From a virus (lineage: Duplodnaviria > Heunggongvirae > Uroviricota > Caudoviricetes > Crassvirales), in the IMG/VR virus record IMGVR_UViG_3300042691_023995, positions 64,001 to 87,603 of that record: a stretch of 23,603 bases of DNA. One strand, written 5' to 3'. The notes below the pieces were generated by a model. The model worked only from the letters and a program-made list of their open reading frames with translations, was not told the origin of the DNA and searched no databases. This document shows positions 1 to 9,102 of the stretch, one piece after another. Numbering within the stretch: position 1 is the first letter of the stretch; every line of letters begins with the position of its first letter. The position numbers and the translations under genes were made by a program.

Positions 1-330
1 CCTGAGGAGCTTGGACTTAAATTCATCAAGAAACTTAGACCAGTTAAATACAACTGGGATCATAGAGACAACTATGTTAGAGAGTGTAACTATGAATATG
101 GTGTGAAGGATGGATCTTTGGCTAGTGAGAAAGAACACTACGGTATTATAGCTCAAGAACTTAAGGGTGTTCTGGATGAACTTAATGTGAGATATGATGC
201 TCTAGGACATGATGGTGAGAAAGATGCCTACAGAATGACATATGAGGAACTGATTGCTCCGTTGATTAAGGCCATCCAAGAGATAGATGCTAGACTGGAA
301 GTTGTGGAAGATAAAGTTTTGGCTAAATAA
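1..330 (+). CDS. 3' end (partial) of tail fibre/tailspike with C-terminal intramolecular chaperone (peptidase S74) domain
   Basis: Frame 1 is open from base 1: PEELGLKFIKKLRPVKYNW...HYGIIAQE...MTYEELIAPLIKAIQEIDARL. This matches the S74 pattern GLxFIxxLRPVxYxW / GxIAQE / YxxLIAPLIxAIQE followed by a coiled coil. The ORF-track start at 103 is internal. Confidence 0.85.
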   Translation, partial: PEELGLKFIKKLRPVKYNWDHRDNYVRECNYEYGVKDGSLASEKEHYGIIAQELKGVLDELNVRYDALGHDGEKDAYRMTYEELIAPLIKAIQEIDARLEVVEDKVLAK

Positions 331-349
331 AAAACAATAGGTATATTTG
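318..349 (+). promoter_or_regulatory. Bacteroidota primary-sigma promoter: TTTG(318-321)-N20-TATATTTG(342-349)
   Basis: Exact match to the -33 TTTG and -7 TAnnTTTG consensus with 20-nt spacing, directly before the GT cluster. Confidence 0.7.
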
Positions 350-352
350 CCT

Positions 353-1012
353 ATGCGTAAAGTTCTCATAGGTACACCCTCATATGATGGGAGAATAGAT
401 GTCTGGTATGCTAATAGCTTACTGGGCACTGTTAAAATGGCTTATGAGAAGGATATATATGTCCATGCTATTTACACAAGCTATGATAGCCTCATACAAA
501 GGGCTAGAAATAGCCTGTTTAAACTAGCTCTTACAGGTGGATATGATGATTTGTTCTTTATAGACTCAGATGCTGAATGGGAACCAGAATGGTTCTTCAG
601 GCTTTTGGAAAGACCAGAACCTATTGTAGGAGGGGCATTGGTTAAGAAGAGTGATGATAACGAGGGGTACACAGTGAAACTGATGGATAAAAACCTGAAG
701 TGGTCCAAGGATAAGAAGATAATAGAGGTGGATGGTGTAGGTACAGGCTTCCTAAAGGTGAACAGGTTTGCTCTGGAGAAACTATGGGAGATGTCTGATA
801 AGTATACATCTGAGGGTGAGGAGCACAGAATGATATGTGATATAAAGGTGGAGAACGGTGACCTAATATCTGAAGACTACATCCTCTGTAACAAGTGGAA
901 ATCATTAGGATATAAGGTGTGGCTAGATCCAACTATAACACTCAACCACATAGGAACTAGGAAATACAAGGGTGATTTCCAATCCTTTATAAAGAAACAC
1001 GGGTATGTTTGA
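353..1012 (+). CDS. GT-A fold glycosyltransferase-like protein (phage GT2-like family)
   Basis: KVLIGTPSY, SLIQRARN, LFFIDSD (DxD), VGTGF, SEDY..C, and a C-terminal LNHIG. ATG at 353 is preferred over the TTG at 347, which lies inside the -7 box. Confidence 0.75.
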   Translation: MRKVLIGTPSYDGRIDVWYANSLLGTVKMAYEKDIYVHAIYTSYDSLIQRARNSLFKLALTGGYDDLFFIDSDAEWEPEWFFRLLERPEPIVGGALVKKSDDNEGYTVKLMDKNLKWSKDKKIIEVDGVGTGFLKVNRFALEKLWEMSDKYTSEGEEHRMICDIKVENGDLISEDYILCNKWKSLGYKVWLDPTITLNHIGTRKYKGDFQSFIKKHGYV

Positions 1013-1916
1013 TAAACCAATGGGAGGTACAGAGCTTATGTATAATGAGCTCATGAAGAGATTACCAGAAGAATATAAGGACAAGTGGTCCATATTTAAC
1101 TACATAGGAGATGCTGATTTTAAAAAGCCAACCATCTATTGGAACCAGCTAAGCTATGATCAACAGGCTGTACAATGGCTAAGAGATCCTAAGAACATTG
1201 AAGCTATTGATCAGTTTGTATTTATAAGTCACTGGCAATCAGAATGTTATAGAAAACTATTCAATATTCCTGGATACAAAACTTCTGTTATAAAGAATGC
1301 TTGTATTGGTGTAGAACCACGTAAACCAGGAGAAAGAGAAATAGTGAGGCTTTGTTATACATCCACACCCTTCAGAGGACTTGATGTTCTTCTAAAGGCA
1401 TGGGACATACTTAAGCCTAAGGGATGTGAGCTACATGTTTTCTCTAGCTGTAAAATATATGGAGAAGACTATGCTTCCACAGAAGATCCTAAATATACAG
1501 ACTTGTACAACGCCTGTCTAAACACAGAGGGTATTGTGTACAGAGGATCTATTCCTAATGAGGAGCTGAGGAAAGAACTTCCCAGCTTTGACATCCTAGC
1601 CTATCCCTGTACATTTGAGGAAACCTCTTGTATAGCTGTGATAGAAGCTCTGTCAGCTGGACTAAAGGTAGTGACAAGTAATATAGGCGCTCTACCTGAA
1701 ACTACAGAAGGATGGGCTACCATATATCCCTACCTAATGGATAAGGATAGACATGCTGAAGCATTTGCCTCCATCCTCAAGAAGGAAATAGATGCTGTCA
1801 AAACTGGCATGCATCTAGAGGAACAAGTGAACATATATGCTCCTAGATGGAGCTGGGACAACAGAATAAACCAATGGACAAACTATTTAGACACATTAAC
1901 CCCAAGAGAGCCCTAG
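1005..1916 (+). CDS. GT4-family (GT-B) glycosyltransferase
   Basis: PMGGTEL N-terminal loop, YTSTPFRGL, ILAYPCTFEETSCIAVIEALSAG (E-x7-E), TSNIGALPE. Confidence 0.85.
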   Translation: MFDKPMGGTELMYNELMKRLPEEYKDKWSIFNYIGDADFKKPTIYWNQLSYDQQAVQWLRDPKNIEAIDQFVFISHWQSECYRKLFNIPGYKTSVIKNACIGVEPRKPGEREIVRLCYTSTPFRGLDVLLKAWDILKPKGCELHVFSSCKIYGEDYASTEDPKYTDLYNACLNTEGIVYRGSIPNEELRKELPSFDILAYPCTFEETSCIAVIEALSAGLKVVTSNIGALPETTEGWATIYPYLMDKDRHAEAFASILKKEIDAVKTGMHLEEQVNIYAPRWSWDNRINQWTNYLDTLTPREP

Positions 1917-2476
1917 ACATAGGAGCACATGTGGGCAACTTCACAAAGGAACTCTATTACAGATTTCCTGAGTGTAGAGTGGTTATGATAGAGGCTAACA
2001 AGAACTGTGAGCCCCATCTAAGACTATTGGGAAAGCCCTATGAGATTGTAGCTCTGTCTGATAAAAATGGAACAGCTGAGCTCTATATGGAGGATGGCAA
2101 TCCCATAGGTACAGGTAGTTCCTTGTATAGGGAGAACACGCAGTGGTATACACAGGGTAAAACCCAGACAGTGGTGACAAAGCGTCTAGATGATTGTAAC
2201 TATTTCAATGGAGAACACCCTGATTTCATCAAGATGGATGTGCAGGGTTCTGAATTAGACATAATAAAAGGTGGTGAGAATACAATAAAAAATGCTACCT
2301 TTGTGTTAATGGAAACCTCTCTGTTAGAATATAACCAGGGAGCTCCTTTGATAGATGCATTAGTGGAGAAAATGGTGGACCTCCAGTTCTGCATGATTGA
2401 CATTGTTGAATACCACCGCTTAGAAAACGGACTTATTTTTCAACTAGATATATTATTTAAAAACTTAAAACAATAA
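1874..2476 (+). CDS. FkbM-family SAM-dependent methyltransferase
   Basis: ALDIGAHVG (motif I), VVMIEAN, DFIKMDVQGSELDIIKGG. ATG at 1874 (MDKLFRH) is preferred over 1847 and overlaps the GT4 end by 43 nt. Confidence 0.88.
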   Translation: MDKLFRHINPKRALDIGAHVGNFTKELYYRFPECRVVMIEANKNCEPHLRLLGKPYEIVALSDKNGTAELYMEDGNPIGTGSSLYRENTQWYTQGKTQTVVTKRLDDCNYFNGEHPDFIKMDVQGSELDIIKGGENTIKNATFVLMETSLLEYNQGAPLIDALVEKMVDLQFCMIDIVEYHRLENGLIFQLDILFKNLKQ

Positions 2477-2482
2477 GAAGCC

Positions 2483-2833
2483 ATGAAAATGCTTTTTGCA
2501 AAGATTAATCCCGTTGCTGAAATTCCTGAAATGGAATCTCCTTTCCAGTATGATGTTAAACAAGCTGACTATCTTACAGCTGTAGCATCTCCTTATCGCT
2601 TGGGTGCTGAAGAAGTGAACTTTAGCCTCATCTATGGCACTGCTACATTTGATGCTGAAGGAAACATGGAAACATTTACACGCTTATTGGGTGGATCGCT
2701 TACATTAGGTGCTCCTTACATTCAGCAGTGGGGATTGGATGATTCTGTAATTCTTGGAACTATTTGTGAGCAAGTGGGAACAGAAGCTGTTGAATTCATT
2801 GAGGGTGACCCAAAGAACTTCAACCCATTCTAA
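2483..2833 (+). CDS. Hypothetical acidic protein, possibly virion/tail-associated
   Basis: 116-aa ORF with an A-rich leader (aaaaacttaaaacaataagaagccATG). No recognisable motif. Confidence 0.6.
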   Translation: MKMLFAKINPVAEIPEMESPFQYDVKQADYLTAVASPYRLGAEEVNFSLIYGTATFDAEGNMETFTRLLGGSLTLGAPYIQQWGLDDSVILGTICEQVGTEAVEFIEGDPKNFNPF

Positions 2834-2858
2834 TTGAACATTAAAACCAACAAACATA

Positions 2859-3680
2859 ATGGTCAAAAAGATATTCTACAACAGCTCTCTACCTAGAGCT
2901 GGAAGTACACTTATTCAGAATATTCTAGCACAGAATCCAGAGATACATTCCACTCCCACCTCTGGCATCTTTGAGATGTACATGCAAGCTCGTACCTATT
3001 TCTCTAATGGGTTAGAGTTTAAGGCACAAGATCAAAATCTCATGGAAGCAGGGTTTAAGGGAATGCTTAAAGATGGACTCTATGGATTCTATAATGCTGT
3101 AACAGACCGTCCATATGTGATGGAAAAGTCTAGGGGTTGGGCAATGGAGCGTGATTTTATTCATGCCTTTGATCCCAACCCCAAGATTATTTGTATGATA
3201 AGGGACATTCGTGCTATCTATTCTTCTCTAGAAAAGAAGTATAGAAACAATCCTTTAGTGGACACAAACATTGCTAACTGGGGTAATCTAACAGGCACCA
3301 CCACAGATAAGCGTATGGTGGTGTGGTCCAACAACCCTCCTATAGGTCCATCTCTGGACCGTTTGTATCAGACACTTGTAGCTGGTACACATCAACACAT
3401 CCTATTTATTAAATTTGAAGAGCTATGCCTAGATCCTGATACACAACTAAGACGTGTGTATGAGTATTTAGAGCTTCCCTATTTTCAGCATGATTTCAAA
3501 AACATACCACAGTATTCTATAGAGGATGACAAATGGTATGGTATATTTGGTGACCACATCATCCGTGGAGAGTTAAAGCCTGTAAAAGATGACTTCCGTG
3601 AGGTGCTCGGTCCTAATGCATGCAAGATAATAGAGGAAGGCTACCCATGGTTCTTCAATGATTTTGGATATAAAATATAA
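2859..3680 (+). CDS. PAPS-dependent sulfotransferase
   Basis: 5'-PSB loop SSLPRAGSTL, EKSRGW, 3'-PB motif IICMIRDIRAIYSSL, FIKFEELCLDP, VYEYLEL. Confidence 0.88.
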   Translation: MVKKIFYNSSLPRAGSTLIQNILAQNPEIHSTPTSGIFEMYMQARTYFSNGLEFKAQDQNLMEAGFKGMLKDGLYGFYNAVTDRPYVMEKSRGWAMERDFIHAFDPNPKIICMIRDIRAIYSSLEKKYRNNPLVDTNIANWGNLTGTTTDKRMVVWSNNPPIGPSLDRLYQTLVAGTHQHILFIKFEELCLDPDTQLRRVYEYLELPYFQHDFKNIPQYSIEDDKWYGIFGDHIIRGELKPVKDDFREVLGPNACKIIEEGYPWFFNDFGYKI

Positions 3681-3684
3681 ACCA

Positions 3685-4638
3685 ATGAACGTAGGATATA
3701 AGACAGAAGAGGAATTGCAAAAGGATGAGAAGCTGACAGTGTTAGAAGATCGTTCTTCAGACAGCAATAAGTATGTTGTATGGCATATAGAAGGTGGGCT
3801 GGGAAAGAACATAGCAGCTACATCCATTATAAAGGATGTGAAGGAAAGATATTCAGATAGGAAACTCATCATGGTGGTGTCCTATCCTGAGATATTCCTA
3901 AACAACCCTAACATACACAGGGTGTACAGGGTGGGCATGACCTCCTATTTCTATGATGACTACATCAAGGATAAGGACACTATTATATTCCGTCATGAAC
4001 CTTATTTCCAGAGTGATCACATCCTAAAGAAGAAACATCTGATACACAACTGGTGTGATTTGATGGATGTAGAATACAAAGATCAACTTCCTCAGTTTCA
4101 TCCTAACGCTGTGCAGAAAATGTTACAATACAACTGGCAGAGAGAAAAACCTGTCATGGTGATACAGACAAATGGAGGAGGTATGGGTAATGAGTTCTCT
4201 TATGCTTGGTCAAGAGATATGCCTTATGAAATAGCTGTTGCTGTTGCTGATAGATATAGAAACACCCATCATATTATACAGGTGACAAGACCTAACACCA
4301 ATCTTATTCCTAATGTGGAATATGTCACCCAACAGCTTAGCAACTTTGAAATGTTGTCTATTCTAGCTGTTTCTCAGAAGCGTGTGTTAATAGATTCCTT
4401 CTTACAGCATGCTGCTGCAGGTATGGGACTTCCTTCTACGGTGCTATGGATAGGCACATCTCCTATCAACTTTGGATACAAGATGCACAACAACATTGTT
4501 GCTAAAGATCCTCCAGGCAGCACTAAGCTTATAGACAGCTACATCTTTGACTATTCACTTGAAGGGTCAATTCATGAGTGTCCATATAACAGCGTAGAAG
4601 AAATGTTTGACATTAACACCATCTTTAAGAGTATATGA
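3685..4638 (+). CDS. GT9-like (heptosyltransferase-type, GT-B) glycosyltransferase
   Basis: HIEGGLGKNIAAT, YPEIFLNNPNI, LIDSFLQHAAAGMGLPSTVLW, FGYKMHNNI. ATG at 3685 follows the upstream stop at 3680; the track start at 3658 overlaps that gene. Confidence 0.72.
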   Translation: MNVGYKTEEELQKDEKLTVLEDRSSDSNKYVVWHIEGGLGKNIAATSIIKDVKERYSDRKLIMVVSYPEIFLNNPNIHRVYRVGMTSYFYDDYIKDKDTIIFRHEPYFQSDHILKKKHLIHNWCDLMDVEYKDQLPQFHPNAVQKMLQYNWQREKPVMVIQTNGGGMGNEFSYAWSRDMPYEIAVAVADRYRNTHHIIQVTRPNTNLIPNVEYVTQQLSNFEMLSILAVSQKRVLIDSFLQHAAAGMGLPSTVLWIGTSPINFGYKMHNNIVAKDPPGSTKLIDSYIFDYSLEGSIHECPYNSVEEMFDINTIFKSI

Positions 4639-5093
4639 TTATAGTTCTTTTTGGACAGCCACACAGTGGCAAGTCCACAATAGCTAATGAAATCCTAGCA
4701 CACACTACATCCTTTGTAAACATAGATGGGGATAAGCTCAGAGAGCTGTTTGTTAATAAAGACTACTCTAGAGAGGGTAGAATAAAGAACCTGAACAGGG
4801 CTAGTGATATTGCTCACTTCCTAAACTCTACAGGGACAAACGTCATCCTCTCTCTTGTCTATCCTTATAAGGAAGCCAGAGACTATCTCAATAACCTTAC
4901 AAAGGATGTCATATGGGTGTATTTAACATACACAGGAGAAAGAGGAAGAGAGGGTTTTCATGTACAAGATTTTGACTATCCTGTAGAAGAAGATGTTTTG
5001 AATATTAACACATCTTCTGTATCTTTGGAATATTGTATGCAAATTATAAACAACTACATAGATGCAAAACGTTCTAGCAAAAGCAGCAAGTAA
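4635..5093 (+). CDS. cysC: Adenylylsulfate (APS) kinase
   Basis: P-loop LFGQPHSGKST, IDGDKLR, DYSREGRIKN, VILSLVYPY. ATGA coupling to the upstream gene. Confidence 0.8.
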   Translation: MIIVLFGQPHSGKSTIANEILAHTTSFVNIDGDKLRELFVNKDYSREGRIKNLNRASDIAHFLNSTGTNVILSLVYPYKEARDYLNNLTKDVIWVYLTYTGERGREGFHVQDFDYPVEEDVLNINTSSVSLEYCMQIINNYIDAKRSSKSSK

Positions 5094-5448
5094 GTCAGGA
5101 CAATGGGCCATGTTTATTGGAAGATGGCAACCTTGGCATGCTGGTCACAGATGGTTAATTGATCAAGCCCTTAACGAGGGTAAGAAGGTGTTGCTCTGTA
5201 TAAGAGAAGTGGAACCAGATGAAAAGAATCCCTGGACACCACATCAGGTTATGATGACACTTGCTAATGAATTGAATGGCCTTATACAAGAGGGCAAGTT
5301 GAGGATAATGACCATCCCTGATATTGAATCTATTAACATTGGTAGAGGTGTGGGTTATGATGTTATAGAACATGTTCCTCCTGCAGAAATACATGATATA
5401 TCTGCTACAAAGATTAGAGAGAATATGAAAAGGGAGGGTAGATTATGA
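5062..5448 (+). CDS. Small HxGH nucleotidyltransferase (cytidylyltransferase-like fold)
   Basis: FIGRWQPWHAGH, KNPWT, ISATKIR (KMSKS-equivalent). Confidence 0.8.
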   Translation: MQNVLAKAASKSGQWAMFIGRWQPWHAGHRWLIDQALNEGKKVLLCIREVEPDEKNPWTPHQVMMTLANELNGLIQEGKLRIMTIPDIESINIGRGVGYDVIEHVPPAEIHDISATKIRENMKREGRL

Positions 5449-5669
5449 TAGTAGAAAGAAAACGACACATAGCTAAGACTATAAGCTACCGTCTTATTAG
5501 CACACTGATTGGTGTACTCACTATGTTTATTGTAACAGGATCTATGAAAGCAGGCGCTGCATTTGGTGTAGCTGAGCTGTTATGGAAACCCATACAATAC
5601 TACATCCACGAACGTATATGGTATAAGTGGATTAGATATGGCCTAAAAGGGCAAAAACAACCTGACTAG
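5445..5669 (+). CDS. DUF2061-like small membrane protein
   Basis: RHIAKTISYRL, two hydrophobic segments, YYIHERIW. ATGA-coupled to the nucleotidyltransferase. Confidence 0.75.
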   Translation: MIVERKRHIAKTISYRLISTLIGVLTMFIVTGSMKAGAAFGVAELLWKPIQYYIHERIWYKWIRYGLKGQKQPD

Positions 5670-8600
5670 CATCTATCTTCTGGTGGCATTCAAACTGCCT
5701 ATCTGTTCCCTTGTGTTCAGGACACCAGTTCCAATCTCCTGGGTCAAACCTATATTCAGCCTTGTTCCAGCATCCGTGGCATACATTCTTGTTGTCAATC
5801 CTGATGCATTCAAACTCATGATCTGCTTCTGTGAAGTTGCTTATCATCATCACCTTCTTGTTAAGAGCCCAGGCTAACCAGCTAAGTCCGCTGGACAGTC
5901 CTATGAATATCTTACTGTGATGGATGACATTCATAGTGTTCTCTATGGATGTATCCTCTATCTGTTCGCAGTGATCAAAAGGATTCTTCTCCTTAGATAC
6001 ATTTATCACCTTGTATCCTTTCTCATGCAGGAAGTCAATCACTAATTGCCAGCCTTCTTTGGTCCAGAACTTACAGCCTGATGTAGAGTTGGTGGCTATT
6101 GTAACATATTTACCATATAAATTGTTACCAATTTGGTAACTGATTCTTGGTTTAATCTCTTGGTAATCAAGACCTAATATGTTACTTGCTGCTTTCTGGA
6201 GGGGGATGGTGTTACAAAGCTCAGGCTCCTTGTCTGGATTGTAAAACCAACCTATGCTATACATACCAAGGATGCCCTCAGCCTTCTGACCAGGTTCAAT
6301 AAACTCAAGCTCTGGATAGACATCTTTGAAGAGGAAGTTCTTGAACGTGCTCACTATCACATGGCAGTTGTGCTTCTTCTTAAACTCTAATACATATGGC
6401 ATCCAGGCTATAGTATCTCCTAATGACTTGCTGTCAAACGCTATGTACACACGCTTACCTGTATAGTCTAGGGTGTATTCGTAATAAGGCTCTTCATCTT
6501 TCCATATCTTAATGGTCCACTTAGTATACCACCTCCTATTGAGCTTAACCCAGTTCTGGACACCTATTGTGTTTCTGTAATGACACACACCCTCCTCATC
6601 GAGATATTCCACTCTAAACTTGCTCTTGGACCTTCCCTTGATTTCAAGGAACGGTTCTAATATAAAATTGTGATCAATTGTCACATGTTCATCAGATTGT
6701 ACAACATCTTGTACAACTTTCTGATAGATGGCAAGATGTGTAAGAGCAAACTCAAGCTCCTGATTCTCAGGGATATCGTATTTCTTTGGATTGCTCAGCT
6801 GCTCATACACTTGTTCCTTCAGCTTAGCTGGGTCCAAATCGGTAATATATTTCGTAAACATGTCTCCATATTGAGGAAGATTCCTGGCAATGATGGGTAG
6901 ACCATGGCCTATTGCTTCTCTAATCACCAGAGGATTACACTCAAATGTGCTGTTGAACAGGAACAAATCAGCTCCTGCCATGAAATCAGCTACATCATTA
7001 CGCTCTCCCAATACATGTACATTAGGAGGAAGATCTTTCATCAGGGGCTCCCAGTAGTGCTGGAAGTTACCAGCTTGGTTACCTACAAAGTGAAACTGTA
7101 CATCTGGCATCTGTCTAGCTAGCTCTACAGCTTCTCCTTGGTTCTTGCCAGGAGTCCACAGTCCTACATTCAGAACATGTTTCCCTTGTCCAAAATGTAC
7201 AGGTGTAGCCTCCTTCTTCTCAATAGGATGTTCCACTACATACTTAGGAGAAGGCATGTTTGCAAATGTCTTCAGATGATGTGGTGTGCAGAACATGTAG
7301 CTATCTGGATGAAAGCGCTTCTCAATGTCTGGCTTGAATATAATGTTGTGACATGTCTCAATCATCCTCCAGGTTCTGTTTGGAGCATACAAAGCTTCTC
7401 TCAGGGATTCTGGCCAGTTGTTCCAGCCATCTTCTACCATCTCTTCCACATGTACAACATCAATCCTATTATTCCTGATGATGTCTATCAGCTCCATCTT
7501 GTTCTCTCCCAGTGTCCAGAAGTGACTCACCAGCTTTTTTATCTGGTCTTTCTGTACAACAAAGTGATCGCTGTGATTGGAGTATTCCACAACATAGATG
7601 TCTACATTGGTGTGCGCTTGCAAAGCCTGAATTCTTCTCAAGAGGAAGGCAGGCATTCCGCCTGTGGATAGATGTGGTGCCACAAACAACACTCGTAAAT
7701 GTTCCTTCTGACGCTCAACCATCTTACGCATTACATCCTTGTTCTTTTCCCCGTGGTAGAATAATAAATCATCTACTGAAGCTGGTGTAGCTAGAAAATG
7801 ACCTATATGTTTCTTGTACCCAGCAAACTCCACATTGTTCACCCTGTCCAAAGATCCATTCATGTATATGTAAGGAAGTCCTTTTAGGTAGCTATGCTTC
7901 CACAGAAGCACATTTGCTATTGTTTCCTCGTGGTATGGAGCATAATATTGTGGATTCTGCAGAATCTTTGGATGGTTGCACATCCAAATCCACTCATCTA
8001 GAAAGTCTATGCACCACTGTCCAGCTACAAAGTATCCTGTCTGTCTGTATTTATCTCGTACATATTGGTTTACACCAAACAACTCACAGGCTGGATGTTC
8101 AAGCGTGGTGGATAGGTCATCTCTACTCTCAGCCCCACCTCTGCCATTGTTAATCATCCACTCGTATATCCCTTCTGTGAAATATGGATAGGGGGATTTA
8201 GCTGGGAATAGGTCAAACATCCTGTCTACATATCTGGTGGCCACACTGTCAGCATCTACATATACCACTGTCTTAGCAAGACTGAGCGCATCTTTAACAA
8301 TAGCTGGACGCTGTATTAAGATTTTATATATGTCACTGCTAGCCCTGTCAATATACTCACCCTGAGCAGGGTTCTCAACATCACATTCCCAGTTGATAGT
8401 GATGGCTCCTGGTACATCTGCATTTGAGTTAAGAAGGTAGACAAATATGGCAACATTGCTATGTACTCTAATAGAAGCTACACATCCCTCGATGGTATCA
8501 CGGTAGCTCTCAGTTCCATATATGACATAAGCCCTATTCAACCTGGGGTCCTCGTTAACGTAATACCCATACCAATCATTGGTGTACAGAGGAACAAGTC

Positions 8601-9051
8601 CTGGGTAGCGCTCTTTCATTACATCTGGAGTGAGATCTGGCTGAAGATGGGTTTCGTAGGTGTTCCCATATTCCTCCCCATCCTGTTCCATAGTGTAGGG
8701 GATGGCCACAAGAAAGTGCTTACCGTGGAAATGCATAGCATTTATAAGACGCTTAGCATCTTCTTTTCCTAGGTGTTCTAGGACATCTCCCAGTATAATG
8801 AAGTCATAATCTGTCCAGTTAAACTCAACGATGTTCTCAATGTAAACATTGTCATATTTATTTCTCAGGCTAAATTGGTCTACATAGGGAGCCCACACCT
8901 CTACAGCATCCATCCTATATCCTAAATTCCTTAGCAAATCTGAATAAGTGCCCTGCCCAGGACCTACATCTAGGATACGTGTACTAAGGGGAACATTGTC
9001 TATAAACCACTGTTTTATCTCAGACTTGAAATAGGAATAGCTGTTGGGCAT
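5632..9051 (-). CDS. Four-domain enzyme: class I methyltransferase + GT-A + GT4 + autotransporter strand-loop-strand O-heptosyltransferase (TibC/Aah-like)
   Basis: ILDVGPGQG and GDVLEHL (methyltransferase); VVYVDADS (DxD, GT-A); FVAPHLSTGGMP, GKNQ, FECNPLVIREA (GT4); SKSLGDTIAW, FIGLSSGLSWLAWA, VCHGCWN..WCP..QFEC (four Cys typical of the TibC/Aah family). Confidence 0.85.
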   Translation of the reverse strand: MPNSYSYFKSEIKQWFIDNVPLSTRILDVGPGQGTYSDLLRNLGYRMDAVEVWAPYVDQFSLRNKYDNVYIENIVEFNWTDYDFIILGDVLEHLGKEDAKRLINAMHFHGKHFLVAIPYTMEQDGEEYGNTYETHLQPDLTPDVMKERYPGLVPLYTNDWYGYYVNEDPRLNRAYVIYGTESYRDTIEGCVASIRVHSNVAIFVYLLNSNADVPGAITINWECDVENPAQGEYIDRASSDIYKILIQRPAIVKDALSLAKTVVYVDADSVATRYVDRMFDLFPAKSPYPYFTEGIYEWMINNGRGGAESRDDLSTTLEHPACELFGVNQYVRDKYRQTGYFVAGQWCIDFLDEWIWMCNHPKILQNPQYYAPYHEETIANVLLWKHSYLKGLPYIYMNGSLDRVNNVEFAGYKKHIGHFLATPASVDDLLFYHGEKNKDVMRKMVERQKEHLRVLFVAPHLSTGGMPAFLLRRIQALQAHTNVDIYVVEYSNHSDHFVVQKDQIKKLVSHFWTLGENKMELIDIIRNNRIDVVHVEEMVEDGWNNWPESLREALYAPNRTWRMIETCHNIIFKPDIEKRFHPDSYMFCTPHHLKTFANMPSPKYVVEHPIEKKEATPVHFGQGKHVLNVGLWTPGKNQGEAVELARQMPDVQFHFVGNQAGNFQHYWEPLMKDLPPNVHVLGERNDVADFMAGADLFLFNSTFECNPLVIREAIGHGLPIIARNLPQYGDMFTKYITDLDPAKLKEQVYEQLSNPKKYDIPENQELEFALTHLAIYQKVVQDVVQSDEHVTIDHNFILEPFLEIKGRSKSKFRVEYLDEEGVCHYRNTIGVQNWVKLNRRWYTKWTIKIWKDEEPYYEYTLDYTGKRVYIAFDSKSLGDTIAWMPYVLEFKKKHNCHVIVSTFKNFLFKDVYPELEFIEPGQKAEGILGMYSIGWFYNPDKEPELCNTIPLQKAASNILGLDYQEIKPRISYQIGNNLYGKYVTIATNSTSGCKFWTKEGWQLVIDFLHEKGYKVINVSKEKNPFDHCEQIEDTSIENTMNVIHHSKIFIGLSSGLSWLAWALNKKVMMISNFTEADHEFECIRIDNKNVCHGCWNKAEYRFDPGDWNWCPEHKGTDRQFECHQKIDASQVVFALLGHI

Positions 9052-9071
9052 AACTGCTTGGTTTTCTGGAA

Positions 9072-9102
9072 CAAAGTTAAAAAAATATTTGGTAGTTTCA
9101 AA
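9072..9102 (-). promoter_or_regulatory. Bacteroidota promoter for the 1139-aa gene: TTTG(9102-9099)-N19-TAACTTTG(9079-9072)
   Basis: Exact consensus on the minus strand with a 19-nt spacer, 20 nt before the ATG at 9051. Confidence 0.72.

Noticed and set aside
1847-1916. Frameshift fusion of GT4 and the FkbM methyltransferase (43-nt overlap)
   Set aside because: No slippery heptamer; ATG 1874 gives a normal FkbM N-terminus and GT4 has a complete C-terminus.
353-9051. Bacterial chromosomal LPS/capsule locus
   Set aside because: No flippase, polymerase, exporter or sugar-nucleotide genes; the cluster is flanked by an S74 fibre gene and a lysis cassette.
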